Part shown: piece after piece, positions 1-8,423 of the stretch | Numbering within the stretch: the first letter of the stretch is position 1 | Layout: each line of letters starts with the position of its first letter | Assembly: GCA_964292325.1 (NCBI GenBank) | Contig: CAXYVG010000001.1 | Span: 60,214-84,213 of the forward strand | From: an uncultured bacterium | GTDB taxonomy: Bacteria; Bacillota; Negativicutes; DSM-13327 | Direction of reading: 5' to 3' | Length of the DNA: 24,000 bases | The notes under the pieces: generated by a model | What the model was told of the DNA's origin: nothing | Databases searched by the model: none | Seen by the model: the letters and a program-made list of their open reading frames with translations, nothing else | Made by a program: the position numbers and the translations under genes

Positions 1-878
1 TTATCTCGGATTAGTAGAGACCTCACCATTTCACGCAAAATATCAGCTTCCGTACCAAATTGTTGTAATGCTTCTAACGCATTGTTGACAGCCTGATCGG
101 CCATCATTTTCGCTTTTTCTAGCGAAAATAACGTCACATAAGTAGCTTTGTGATTTTTAATATCACTACCAACAGGTTTACCTATTTTCTCCTGCGAACC
201 GATTACATCCAAGATATCATCGGTAATCTGAAAAGCTAGCCCAAACTGCTTGGCATACCTTGTAAGTGCTGCGACCTGCCATTCATTCGCCCCGGCTAAT
301 TGCGCCCCTGCTCTTATCGCAGCTACAAATAATGCTCCTGTTTTCCCTTGATGCATAAGTTCTACCGTCTTAAGATCAATCGTTTTTCCTTCCGAATCTA
401 GATCGATAACTTGACCACCTACCATGCCATACGCACCAGCAGCTGTGCTAATTTCGCCAACAACCTTTACGATTACATCGGATGAAGCAGCGTGCTGGGC
501 AAGCATGGTGGTAAAAGCAGCTGTTAATAACGCATCACCAGCTAAAATCGCTATGCCTTCGCCAAAAACCTTATGACTTGTCAATTTTCCTCGGCGATAA
601 TCATCATCATCCATCGCTGGTAAGTCATCATGAATTAAAGAGTAGGTATGAATCATTTCGAGTCCACAAGCAACAGGAAGATAATCCGCGCCGACTCCTC
701 CGACTGCATCAGCAGCCGCCATTAATAGTATCGGACGTAACCTCTTCCCCCCAGCAAATAAACTATAGCGCATGGCGTCGAATATAATGGGTGGATATAC
801 GTTTTCATTAGGAATAAATTCCGCTAATCTTTGATCAATCAATTTACACTTGTCTTGACAATATCGCTTTAACATCAT
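1..878 (-). CDS. ispA: Farnesyl diphosphate synthase (polyprenyl synthetase family); the last few codons run off the window edge
   Basis: Absent from the ORF track because it has no in-window stop. My translation from ATG 878 gives MMLKRYCQDK...EMIHTYSLIHDDLPAMDDDDYRRGK...FQITDDILD...REMVRSLLIRD, with both DDxxD motifs. The ATGA overlap with the xseB stop, and the position after xseAB, match B. subtilis. Confidence 0.92.
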   Translation of the reverse strand, partial: MMLKRYCQDKCKLIDQRLAEFIPNENVYPPIIFDAMRYSLFAGGKRLRPILLMAAADAVGGVGADYLPVACGLEMIHTYSLIHDDLPAMDDDDYRRGKLTSHKVFGEGIAILAGDALLTAAFTTMLAQHAASSDVIVKVVGEISTAAGAYGMVGGQVIDLDSEGKTIDLKTVELMHQGKTGALFVAAIRAGAQLAGANEWQVAALTRYAKQFGLAFQITDDILDVIGSQEKIGKPVGSDIKNHKATYVTLFSLEKAKMMADQAVNNALEALQQFGTEADILREMVRSLLIRD

Positions 879-1135
879 TCATCCTCCTGTAATACCAGTG
901 GCTTTTCTATGATCTTGCCTTGTTCATCGGATAAAATTTTATCAATTTGCTGCTGCGCATTATTTAATTTACTTAAACATTTTTTTGATAAAATCACGCC
1001 TTCAGCAAAATTTTCTAGCGATTCATCTAACGATAGTTCTCCTCGCTCTAGTTGCTTGACAATTAATTCCAATTTTTCTAACGCTTCTTCAAAACATATC
1101 TCATCTTGATTATCTTTCTTCTTGGCGCGTGCCAT
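875..1135 (-). CDS. xseB: Exodeoxyribonuclease VII small subunit
   Basis: Sequence MARAKKK..FEEALEKLELIVKQLERGELSLDESLENFAEGV is typical XseB. Start moved to ATG 1135 because AGGAGGGG lies 4 nt upstream. It overlaps the xseA 3' end and follows xseA. Confidence 0.9.
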   Translation of the reverse strand: MARAKKKDNQDEICFEEALEKLELIVKQLERGELSLDESLENFAEGVILSKKCLSKLNNAQQQIDKILSDEQGKIIEKPLVLQEDE

Positions 1136-2336
1136 ATTTCCCCTCCTGCGTCGTAATGACTTCAACATTCATCGTACCTTGATTGACCACAACTTCCAGT
1201 TGTTGCCCCGGCTGCACACCGCGAACATCATGAACCAGTTTGCCAGTAGCGTCACGTACAATACTGTATCCCCGCCCAAGTACAGCTAAGGGGCTCAGCA
1301 TCGCTAATTTTTCCCCAGTAATTTCAAACTGATGCTGTTTATTTTTAACAATTTTCTTGATCGATTGATCTAGCTCTTGTATGTAACTATCAAGAATTTG
1401 TTGTCTGCTTCTCAAAAAATCATCAGGATATTGTAGTACCCTGCTATCGGCTATTTTCCCTAGGCGTATACGATTATTTTTTAATACACTACGAGCATGA
1501 TTCTCAAGCATATTTTTTAAAGTAATAATATATTTGCTCAGTTCGCAAACATCCGGTACAACTAATTCTGCTGCCTGAGATGGTGTTGCCGCTCGCTTGT
1601 CGGCAACAAAATCAGTTAAGGTATAATCCGTCTGATGCCCAACTGCTGAAACAATAGGAATCACAGAAGCCGCAATGGCTCTTACAACTCTTTCATCATT
1701 AAATGCCCATAAATCCTCGATCGAACCACCGCCACGCCCCACAATGATGACATCTACATGAGCTAATGTATTGAATACCTCAATGGCATGTACAATTTGC
1801 ATCGGTGCTTCTTCCCCTTGTACTAATACGGGATATAATTGAAGCGTTATTGCAGGATGACGTCTTTTGGATACTGTAATAATATCACGAAGTACTGCAC
1901 CCGTTGCCGAAGTAACAATTCCTACTGTTTGAGGCAATAACGGTAATGGTTTTTTATAAATTTCAGAAAATAACCCTTCTGCTTCTAACTTCTCTTTTAA
2001 TTGAGCAAAAGCTAAGCTTAACTCACCAATGCCTTCTGGCACTAATTGTTCTGCATATAATTGATATTGCCCATCTCGCTCAAATACTGCAATTTTACCG
2101 CCAACAATCACTTTCATACCATCCTTAGGATCAAACTTTAGAAACTGAGCGCGACTTTTAAACATTACAGTTTTAATTGTAGCATTGCTGTCTTTGAGCG
2201 TGAAATAGCAATGCCCTGAATAATGCCGTTTGAAATTTGATATTTCGCCCCGCACAAACACAGCCGTCAGCTTTGCGTCATACTCAAAAATTTGCTTTAT
2301 GTATTTTGTAATTTCACTGACACTAAATATATTCAT
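1110..2336 (-). CDS. xseA: Exodeoxyribonuclease VII large subunit
   Basis: About 408 aa with an N-terminal OB-fold region (SVSEITKYIK..FVRGEISNFKRHYSGHCYFTLKD) and core GRGGGSIEDLWAFNDE. ATG 2336 is preferred over the ORF-track TTG 2342 (AGAGG, 6 nt, ATG). Confidence 0.93.
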   Translation of the reverse strand: MNIFSVSEITKYIKQIFEYDAKLTAVFVRGEISNFKRHYSGHCYFTLKDSNATIKTVMFKSRAQFLKFDPKDGMKVIVGGKIAVFERDGQYQLYAEQLVPEGIGELSLAFAQLKEKLEAEGLFSEIYKKPLPLLPQTVGIVTSATGAVLRDIITVSKRRHPAITLQLYPVLVQGEEAPMQIVHAIEVFNTLAHVDVIIVGRGGGSIEDLWAFNDERVVRAIAASVIPIVSAVGHQTDYTLTDFVADKRAATPSQAAELVVPDVCELSKYIITLKNMLENHARSVLKNNRIRLGKIADSRVLQYPDDFLRSRQQILDSYIQELDQSIKKIVKNKQHQFEITGEKLAMLSPLAVLGRGYSIVRDATGKLVHDVRGVQPGQQLEVVVNQGTMNVEVITTQEGKYGTRQEER

Positions 2337-2400
2337 AAACAACCTCTACACATTAATGTAACATACGTTGTACTAAGAAACATACTACTTCTGATACAGC

Positions 2401-2423
2401 AAAAAAGCCAGACAAAAGTCTGG
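2401..2423 (-). terminator. Rho-independent terminator after nusB
   Basis: Minus-strand CCAGAC-TTTT-GTCTGG stem-loop (2408-2423) followed by C+TTTTTT (2401-2407), 28 nt downstream of the nusB stop. Confidence 0.75.
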
Positions 2424-2450
2424 ATAATTTTTTTCAATATCACTACCGAA

Positions 2451-2858
2451 CTATACCTTTTTCTTGATTAAAGCACCCAATATACCATTCACAAAGCGGC
2501 TTGATTCTTCAGTGCCAAACAACTTCGCCAATTCAACCGCCTCATTAATCACTACATTCGGCGGTAAGTCTTCACTACCAAAATTCATTTCATAAATAGC
2601 CATTCGGGCAATATTGCGATCAATACCAGCCATACGATCAATTTTCCATTCCATAGAAACGTTGGCAATTACATCATCAATTTCTAACAAATGTTCTTGA
2701 GTACCGCGAACTAGATCCTCTGTATATGTCTTTGTATGTTCAGATAAACTACTATTTTCACTTAATACAGCCTGCAATGCCTCATCTTGGGTTGTATTAT
2801 TATAGTCTAGTTGAAACAAAGTTTGCAATGCCATTTCTCGAGATTTTCTACGACTCAT
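2451..2858 (-). CDS. nusB: Transcription antitermination factor NusB
   Basis: 135 aa. MSRRKSREMALQTLFQLD... and ...RNIARMAIYEM...INEAVELAKLFG...FVNGILG are canonical NusB. SD AGAGGAAAATT-ATG. Confidence 0.95.
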   Translation of the reverse strand: MSRRKSREMALQTLFQLDYNNTTQDEALQAVLSENSSLSEHTKTYTEDLVRGTQEHLLEIDDVIANVSMEWKIDRMAGIDRNIARMAIYEMNFGSEDLPPNVVINEAVELAKLFGTEESSRFVNGILGALIKKKV

Positions 2859-2907
2859 AATTTTCCTCTTTTCTAATCATTACTATATTTTAATATGTAC
2901 TACTATA

Positions 2908-3135
2908 TTACCGATAATAACCAGGTGGCAATAATTTCCCTACTATATCCATGATATCTTCTTTCTCATCAATTCGCTTACCTACAATATAACCAGATAT
3001 CATACATAACATAACAAACATGGTGTGAAAAAATCCAAAAACAAGAATAAATATACCAACAAACATTCCAACCACAAGACCTGTGATTTTACCACTATGC
3101 TGTTGCCATATTTCTACTACCAATTCAGAATTCAT
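2908..3135 (-). CDS. Small integral membrane protein, DUF2273-like (Asp23-operon partner)
   Basis: Two-TM small protein directly after amaP. Start moved to ATG 3135 (AAGGGGTGGG-AAAT-ATG); ORF-track GTG 3144 lies inside the SD. The family name is from memory of the Asp23/AmaP/DUF2273 operon. Confidence 0.7.
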   Translation of the reverse strand: MNSELVVEIWQQHSGKITGLVVGMFVGIFILVFGFFHTMFVMLCMISGYIVGKRIDEKEDIMDIVGKLLPPGYYR

Positions 3136-3149
3136 ATTTCCCACCCCTT

Positions 3150-3689
3150 TTACTCAACGCGCTGTTTCGCTTTAAAGTCATTTGAGATATTTTCTACTAA
3201 AATCTCAACATCTGCGATTTCAACGCCAACGGTATTTTTAATATAATCATGAATACGCTGTTGCAATTCAGCTGAAATGCTTGGCACATGAACTTCAGGA
3301 CTCACGACTGCGTTAATCGATACCTTCAGCCCTCTTTTATCATGAGAAACGCGAACTTTTGCCCCCCGAACTCCACGTGTATTTCGCGAAGTTTTCTCCA
3401 CTAGATTTTTGATAGCATCCAGTGAAATATGTACATCCCCGATATCATTGTGATGAACAATGGTATCTTTTAAGCAACGAGAACGCATCCCTGCTAATAA
3501 CAATCGAATACTTACCAATAAAAACACCGCTCCTACTAAACCAGCTTCCCATTGTTCGCTGATATATAAAACGCCTGTCCAAACGAGCTCTAAAGGAATC
3601 AGGCGCAAAGAAAGCAACATCACGCCTAAGGAAAGAAAAGCCAGTAATAATGTATAAATAGATAAAATAATGCGATCAATAATACTCAT
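3150..3689 (-). CDS. amaP: Alkaline shock response membrane anchor protein AmaP-like
   Basis: 179 aa with N-terminal TM helices and an Asp23-like C-terminal region, directly downstream of the asp23-family gene. SD GAAAGGAG. Confidence 0.75.
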   Translation of the reverse strand: MSIIDRIILSIYTLLLAFLSLGVMLLSLRLIPLELVWTGVLYISEQWEAGLVGAVFLLVSIRLLLAGMRSRCLKDTIVHHNDIGDVHISLDAIKNLVEKTSRNTRGVRGAKVRVSHDKRGLKVSINAVVSPEVHVPSISAELQQRIHDYIKNTVGVEIADVEILVENISNDFKAKQRVE

Positions 3690-3728
3690 TGTATAGCTCC
3701 TTTCTAGAATACTATTGCAATATCCTGT

Positions 3729-4130
3729 TTAACGTACACGAATATCTTCATCTTTTCCATCTTGATGAAACCCTACACCTTGCACATGTACATTCACTTC
3801 TACAACATCAAGCCCCGTCATTGACTCAATTCCTTTTTTTACACTTTCCTGTACTCGTAGTGCAATATCCGGTATACGTACACCATACTCAACAATAATA
3901 TATAAATCTACTGCTGCTTCACGCTCACCAACTTCTACTTTTACACCTTTTGATAGATTTTTCTTACCGAGCATCTCAGCAATACCACCAACTAAACCTG
4001 CGCTCATTCCTGCTACACCAGAAACTTCAGTAGCAGCCATACCAGCGATAATGCCTACTACTTCATCAGCAATTCGAATTGAACCAACATCATTGTTTTC
4101 CATTTTCTCATTAGGCTCTCGTTTTTCCAT
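3729..4130 (-). CDS. Asp23/Gls24 family envelope stress response protein
   Basis: GSIRIADEVVGIIAGMAATEVSGVAGM...VEVGEREAAVDLYIIVEYGVRIPDIALRVQESVKKGIESMTGLDVVEVNVHVQGV is typical Asp23. Start moved to ATG 4130 (GGGGGG-TTGAGA-ATG). Confidence 0.9.
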   Translation of the reverse strand: MEKREPNEKMENNDVGSIRIADEVVGIIAGMAATEVSGVAGMSAGLVGGIAEMLGKKNLSKGVKVEVGEREAAVDLYIIVEYGVRIPDIALRVQESVKKGIESMTGLDVVEVNVHVQGVGFHQDGKDEDIRVR

Positions 4131-4198
4131 TCTCAACCCCCCATTCGAAATACTGCTTATATTATTACTATTATAGTATCGCATATATATTACCACTT

Positions 4199-4227
4199 AT
4201 TATAACAAAGATTTTTCATCTTTACAA
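4199..4227 (-). promoter_or_regulatory. Sigma-A-type promoter with extended -10 for the asp23-amaP-DUF2273-nusB unit
   Basis: Minus strand reads TTGTAA (4222-4227), 17 nt spacer, TGT-TATAAT (-10 at 4199-4204, TG at 4206-4207). It lies between the spoIIIAH terminator and asp23. Confidence 0.6.
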
Positions 4228-4238
4228 ACAAGCAAAGT

Positions 4239-4266
4239 AAAAGACCTAGCTTGCGCTAAGTCTTTT
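4239..4266 (-). terminator. Rho-independent terminator ending the spoIIIA operon
   Basis: Inverted repeat AAAAGACCTAGC/GCTAAGTCTTTT (one mismatch, loop TTGC). On the minus strand the stem ends in TTTT-ACTTTG. It starts 36 nt after the spoIIIAH stop. Confidence 0.65.
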
Positions 4267-4301
4267 GATCAAGATATGAATATAAAGCCCTCTGCTCGAA
4301 C

Positions 4302-4832
4302 TTAAGGCTTGGCACTAATTGAAATATCTTCCACTTTCACACCTGCAATTCGGCTAATCACATCGGCTACCTGCACTACTTCTTCACGTGATAACGAAGT
4401 CGCTTTGATGATAGCACTCACTGAATGTTCGCGAATAAATACTAATGAATCCGCAAACCCCCTAGCCTTGATTAAACTTTCCATTTCTGTTTCTTTTTGT
4501 TTTTCTGTAATCATTTTTAATACACTATCTTGCGCATGCGTCCTGGATTCATCATTTTTAGCATTTTTAATACTTTCTCTAAGAAAATCAGAGCGTTCAC
4601 TGCGTATTTTATCTCTTTCCAAGCGATATTCAGTAAAAAAGTCAGGACTATTTACAGGTATAATCGGCTCGACTGTAACAGACTTGGTTACTTGCATCGC
4701 AGTAGAACGATCCACTTTGGACTGTAATAGATATTCATTCGCACCAATCCCTAGCATCAGTATGACTACAATCACCGTTCCAATTAGCAGTACTATTTTT
4801 CTATTAATGCTACGTAAAATCAATATTTTCAC
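4302..4832 (-). CDS. spoIIIAH: Stage III sporulation protein AH
   Basis: Last gene of the 8-gene spoIIIA cluster. N-terminal TM, then FFTEYRLERDKIRSE...KARGFADSLVFI...VSAII, typical SpoIIIAH/YscJ-fold architecture. GTG start with AGGAAGTGAG upstream. Confidence 0.88.
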   Translation of the reverse strand: MKILILRSINRKIVLLIGTVIVVILMLGIGANEYLLQSKVDRSTAMQVTKSVTVEPIIPVNSPDFFTEYRLERDKIRSERSDFLRESIKNAKNDESRTHAQDSVLKMITEKQKETEMESLIKARGFADSLVFIREHSVSAIIKATSLSREEVVQVADVISRIAGVKVEDISISAKP

Positions 4833-4839
4833 GTTATAC

Positions 4840-5445
4840 TCACTTCCTTTGTGCTAATACTGTAATCTTATATGGAGGAATACCCAGTCCCGCCTCTACA
4901 GCTTTTGTTAAATTAGCCTTAACCGCAGAATCATATGCACCATCGGCAATCACCAATACCCCTTTAATCATCGGTTTAATTTCTTGTACAATCACTGGAC
5001 GATCTACTCCATTTTCTTTACTAAGTAAAATTTGCTCACTTTCCTTTGTTTCAGTAGTAGTCCGAATGCCCCCACCTGTATCTTTTTCCTGAGTAACTTT
5101 ACTTTCTTTTGTTCTATTCTTAGCATGTTCCTGTATACTACTATTTTCCACTGTAATCGTAACCGCTACCGTACCTGCACCTTTTACTCTCGATAAAATA
5201 ATTGTCATTTTTTCTTCGAGTGCATCTTCATAACTACGATTGATCGGCGTATTACTTTTGACAATTTCAGTAGGAATGTCAGGACTAGTTTTCGATGATA
5301 GACGATCGAGTATCCCGCCCGATAACAATAATATAACACCTAAGATTCCTAGCCAAATCAAACGAGTGTTGATCACACCATCTTTTAATAATTGCTGCGG
5401 CCATATTTTTTTAGCTGCTGTGATCATATTCTCGAAACTATTCAT
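4840..5445 (-). CDS. spoIIIAG: Stage III sporulation protein AG
   Basis: Single TM, then EDALEEKMTIILSRVKGAGTVAVTI...RPVIVQEIKPMIKGVLVIADGA. Correct position in the operon. SD AAAGGAGG. Confidence 0.9.
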   Translation of the reverse strand: MNSFENMITAAKKIWPQQLLKDGVINTRLIWLGILGVILLLSGGILDRLSSKTSPDIPTEIVKSNTPINRSYEDALEEKMTIILSRVKGAGTVAVTITVENSSIQEHAKNRTKESKVTQEKDTGGGIRTTTETKESEQILLSKENGVDRPVIVQEIKPMIKGVLVIADGAYDSAVKANLTKAVEAGLGIPPYKITVLAQRK

Positions 5446-5463
5446 ATGTGTTTTACCTCCTTT

Positions 5464-6045
5464 TTATGAATGTAATACTTGTATCTCAATGATTTCTTTT
5501 GGTACCTGATACATTTCTATGATCCTTTTTTTTATCTTATTTTGCAGTTCTACATCTAGTAGCCCCGTTGCTGGCGCCTGCTCACCAATGGATATTTTCT
5601 CTACCTTTGTAGCAGCAGGAGTTCCTGGTGCGATGTACACTACAATACTACTTAGCTTATTATGATTTCCTTGCTGCGTATCCACTACTACTTTCGCATC
5701 AGCCACACCATCAAAGGCTACGACCATCACTTTCATCTGCTGCGCTAATTCTTTTTTATAAATTTCAAACGTCAACTCTTCACGCTCTTTCGCAGCAATT
5801 TTTGCATGATCAAGGATGAAACTTGTTTGCGAGGAGCTGGCACTTATCGCGGGCATCTGAGTCGGCATAACATGATGTTGTATCATATCAATCACTGGAT
5901 TTAAAATTGCGAGCATGACAAACAGCCCCATAATGACCCGCACAAAACGTTGCATACTGTTACTCGGCAATAAAAGTTCTAAAAATGTAGCAAATAACAC
6001 AACAAAAATAATATATTTAACCCAATTCGCAAATACAGGGATCAT
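5464..6045 (-). CDS. spoIIIAF: Stage III sporulation protein AF
   Basis: The N-terminus WVKYIIFVVLFATFLELLLPSNSMQRFVRVIMGLFVMLAILNP matches the SpoIIIAF pattern. ATG 6045 is preferred (GGTAGGTG, 6 nt, ATG); the alternative is ORF-track GTG 6054. Confidence 0.88.
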   Translation of the reverse strand: MIPVFANWVKYIIFVVLFATFLELLLPSNSMQRFVRVIMGLFVMLAILNPVIDMIQHHVMPTQMPAISASSSQTSFILDHAKIAAKEREELTFEIYKKELAQQMKVMVVAFDGVADAKVVVDTQQGNHNKLSSIVVYIAPGTPAATKVEKISIGEQAPATGLLDVELQNKIKKRIIEMYQVPKEIIEIQVLHS

Positions 6046-6054
6046 CTTAAACAC

Positions 6055-7215
6055 CTACCTTAACATCATCGCTGCGCTACCAGTGACAACAATCATCGTA
6101 ATGGCTAAAAAAAACATCAATGCGACCACCACTACCGCTCCAAATACCAATAACAAATTATTTCCGATAGAATCAAGACAATTCGCCATATTCTCATCAC
6201 CCATTGGTTGTATTAAAGCACCCGAAATTTTGATCACCACAATGAGTGATAATAATTTAAATAACGGAAATAAACAAATCATACCAATGACAATCACACC
6301 AAAAATTCCTATTGCATTTTTTAGCAGTAAGGAGGCCCCCATTACCACTTCTACTGTATCGGCTAGGACTTTGCCAACAACAGGCAAAAAAGTCGCCGTA
6401 GCAAACTTGGCGGTTCGCAAGGTAAGTCCATCAGCCACACTCCCCGTCGCTCCTTGAATGGTGATTACCCCAATAAATAACATCATACTAAAGCCAAGTA
6501 TCATCATACCTGCTTGTTTGAATATCTTGGCTAAATGACTCAAACGATATTTGGTCGATAAAAAATTCAAACAATCAAGAATCGAGGTTAATAACAAAAG
6601 TGGTAACACTACCTCCTTAATAATAATGCTGATACTACTAATCATAAACAACATAAATGGTGTAAACAGGGCCGCTGATGTTAATGCTCCAATACCTGCA
6701 AGTAGTGAGATGAGTAGCGGCAATAATGCTTCCATAAAGCCCACCATATACCCGACTGTCTGATTTGCGAGCGTCACAGCATTATAAAATACAGTAAGAA
6801 CAATTACTGCCATAAAAGTAAAACAAACACTATATGCGAGTAACGAAATACCTGATTTCTCAAATGAACTTTGTAGATTTTGTAATAATGCACATAAAAC
6901 AGCCAAAAATAATATCTTGCCGATTAAATGAATATTTGCAGATAGTTCCTTAAATAAATTGGCAGCGATTCTTGTCCATAATTCTTGCCAGTTTAAATGT
7001 AACCCATGAGTTGCAATTTCTTTAATAGTAGTACTATCAAGAGTTGGAATATCTCCATTTAGTTCCTGATTGATCCTACTAATAAATTGATTGATTTGCT
7101 CCGTCGATATTTTCTCTAATAATTGTTGTTCCATTTCCTTATGATCAGGAGGGTTTGCTAAAATGGTACTAGTACTCATTAATAATATTACAAGTACCAT
7201 CATTATTTTTTTCAT
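6055..7215 (-). CDS. spoIIIAE: Stage III sporulation protein AE (polytopic membrane protein with signal peptide)
   Basis: 386 aa with signal peptide MKKIMMVLVILLMSTSTILA, followed by multiple TM helices. Correct position in the operon. SD AAGGTGG. Confidence 0.92.
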   Translation of the reverse strand: MKKIMMVLVILLMSTSTILANPPDHKEMEQQLLEKISTEQINQFISRINQELNGDIPTLDSTTIKEIATHGLHLNWQELWTRIAANLFKELSANIHLIGKILFLAVLCALLQNLQSSFEKSGISLLAYSVCFTFMAVIVLTVFYNAVTLANQTVGYMVGFMEALLPLLISLLAGIGALTSAALFTPFMLFMISSISIIIKEVVLPLLLLTSILDCLNFLSTKYRLSHLAKIFKQAGMMILGFSMMLFIGVITIQGATGSVADGLTLRTAKFATATFLPVVGKVLADTVEVVMGASLLLKNAIGIFGVIVIGMICLFPLFKLLSLIVVIKISGALIQPMGDENMANCLDSIGNNLLLVFGAVVVVALMFFLAITMIVVTGSAAMMLR

Positions 7216-7227
7216 TATTATTCCACC

Positions 7228-7614
7228 TTAAGGAATCAATCTCACAATGGTATCGAGTACCAATGCAATAATCGGAATTGCCATCACCATCACCATCACT
7301 TTGCCAGCAAATTCAATTTTCCCAGCTACCGTTCCTTCGCCAGCATCTCGGCATACTTGTGCCCCAAATTCAGTCACATATGCAATACCAATGATTTTCA
7401 AGATGGTATTGAGATACATTTGACTAATATTTGCTTTTTCCGCCATATCACGAAATAACTGTAATACAACACTTATTTTATTTAATACCAGTAAAAAAAT
7501 AATGGTTGCCAAAGCCAAACTAAGTTGCAGAGCGATTTCTGGCCGTTGTTGCTTAATGATTAAAATTAGTAATGTCACCACAAAACAAAGGCCAATAATT
7601 TGAATGATTTCCAT
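7228..7614 (-). CDS. spoIIIAD: Stage III sporulation protein AD
   Basis: About 128 aa, multi-TM, with motif ...YVTEFGAQVCRDAGEGTVAGKIEFAGKV.... Start moved to ATG 7614 (AAGGAG, 9 nt); ORF-track GTG 7623 abuts the SD. Confidence 0.9.
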   Translation of the reverse strand: MEIIQIIGLCFVVTLLILIIKQQRPEIALQLSLALATIIFLLVLNKISVVLQLFRDMAEKANISQMYLNTILKIIGIAYVTEFGAQVCRDAGEGTVAGKIEFAGKVMVMVMAIPIIALVLDTIVRLIP

Positions 7615-7626
7615 ACGTTGCACTCC

Positions 7627-7824
7627 TTAGAATAACTTAAAAACATCTTGTACCGTATTGAACAATCGGCCTAATAATTGGACAACCCATAACAACACAA
7701 TGGTAAACCCCGCTAATGTACACAAATGAGCCATATCTTCTTTACCAGCCTGTTTTAATGCAGTATGAAAAACTGAAACCAATATACCAACACCAGCAAT
7801 CTTAAATAATATATCAAGTCCCAT
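7627..7824 (-). CDS. spoIIIAC: Stage III sporulation protein AC
   Basis: 65 aa: MGLDILFKIAGVGILVSVFHTALKQAGKEDMAHL.... Start moved to ATG 7824 (AAAGGAGG-CTATC-ATG). The 89-aa ORF-track extension has no SD. Confidence 0.9.
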   Translation of the reverse strand: MGLDILFKIAGVGILVSVFHTALKQAGKEDMAHLCTLAGFTIVLLWVVQLLGRLFNTVQDVFKLF

Positions 7825-7859
7825 GATAGCCTCCTTTGCCATTGGCATATTTTTATCTT

Positions 7860-8381
7860 TTATAACAATAAAATTACGACAGCAAGTCCTGAGCAAACTC
7901 CTAGGTAACGATACATTTTCGTATTAAGATCACGGATGCGCGCCGCTTCAGTCTCTAATTTTTCTAATTGCTCGATAATCATTGATAAATACTGTCCTTG
8001 CTCGTGGCGGTTCATGACTCCTAAATTTGCCCCTAGTACTTCTAGCACCTCTAGTTCTTCTTTCTGTAATAACAAACGCCCTTGTAAATCCTCAAGCACG
8101 ATATGAATAGCCTGCCCAGGAGATAGCACACCATTTTCTTGTAATAGCGCCGCTGTATGATGAAAAAAATCAGCGACGGGGCCTTCTATACCATGAGTAC
8201 ACTGCAACAACGCTTCATCTAGTGGTAAGCAAGCATACGTGATATACGATTTTAATGATCCCAAACAACTTACCAGTTGCCGGATATGTTTGGGTCGCCC
8301 ACTACAACGGGCTGCTAATTGTAAACCAATCAATGAACTTACTGCAATCACCAACGCTCCTCCTATGATTTTTAGCCACAT
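7860..8381 (-). CDS. spoIIIAB: Stage III sporulation protein AB
   Basis: 173 aa with terminal TM helices flanking a soluble domain (GspF-like architecture). Correct position in the operon. SD GAAAGGAG. Confidence 0.88.
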   Translation of the reverse strand: MWLKIIGGALVIAVSSLIGLQLAARCSGRPKHIRQLVSCLGSLKSYITYACLPLDEALLQCTHGIEGPVADFFHHTAALLQENGVLSPGQAIHIVLEDLQGRLLLQKEELEVLEVLGANLGVMNRHEQGQYLSMIIEQLEKLETEAARIRDLNTKMYRYLGVCSGLAVVILLL

Positions 8382-8423
8382 AATTCAACTGCTCCTTTCT
8401 GCATAATTACCAGTAGATCATCT

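Noticed and set aside
1-3. Leading 'tta' that looks like the ispA stop codon (TAA on the minus strand)
   Set aside because: It is out of frame. The ispA frame places codon GAT at 5..3 and leaves a partial AA- codon at 2..1, so the gene continues slightly beyond the window.
578-787. 69-aa plus-strand ORF at the left end
   Set aside because: It is antisense to ispA, covering the region that encodes the first DDxxD motif.
4309-4857. 182-aa plus-strand ORF almost exactly coextensive with spoIIIAH
   Set aside because: It is antisense to a well-supported gene, has no SD, and its translation is low-complexity Ser/Thr/Ile-rich with no motif. This is a typical shadow ORF in AT-rich DNA.
5915-6457. 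180-aa plus-strand ORF across the spoIIIAF/AE junction
   Set aside because: It is an antisense shadow of two membrane-protein genes, has no SD, its composition mirrors hydrophobic codons read backwards, and it crosses a gene boundary.
7825-7896. N-terminal extensions in the ORF track (spoIIIAC 7825-7896; also asp23 4131-4196, xseB 1136-1168, PRC-barrel 23308-23349, DUF2273 3136-3144, spoIIIAD 7615-7623)
   Set aside because: In each case a strong SD sits 4-9 nt before an internal ATG and inside the supposed extension. The shorter products also match the expected family lengths.
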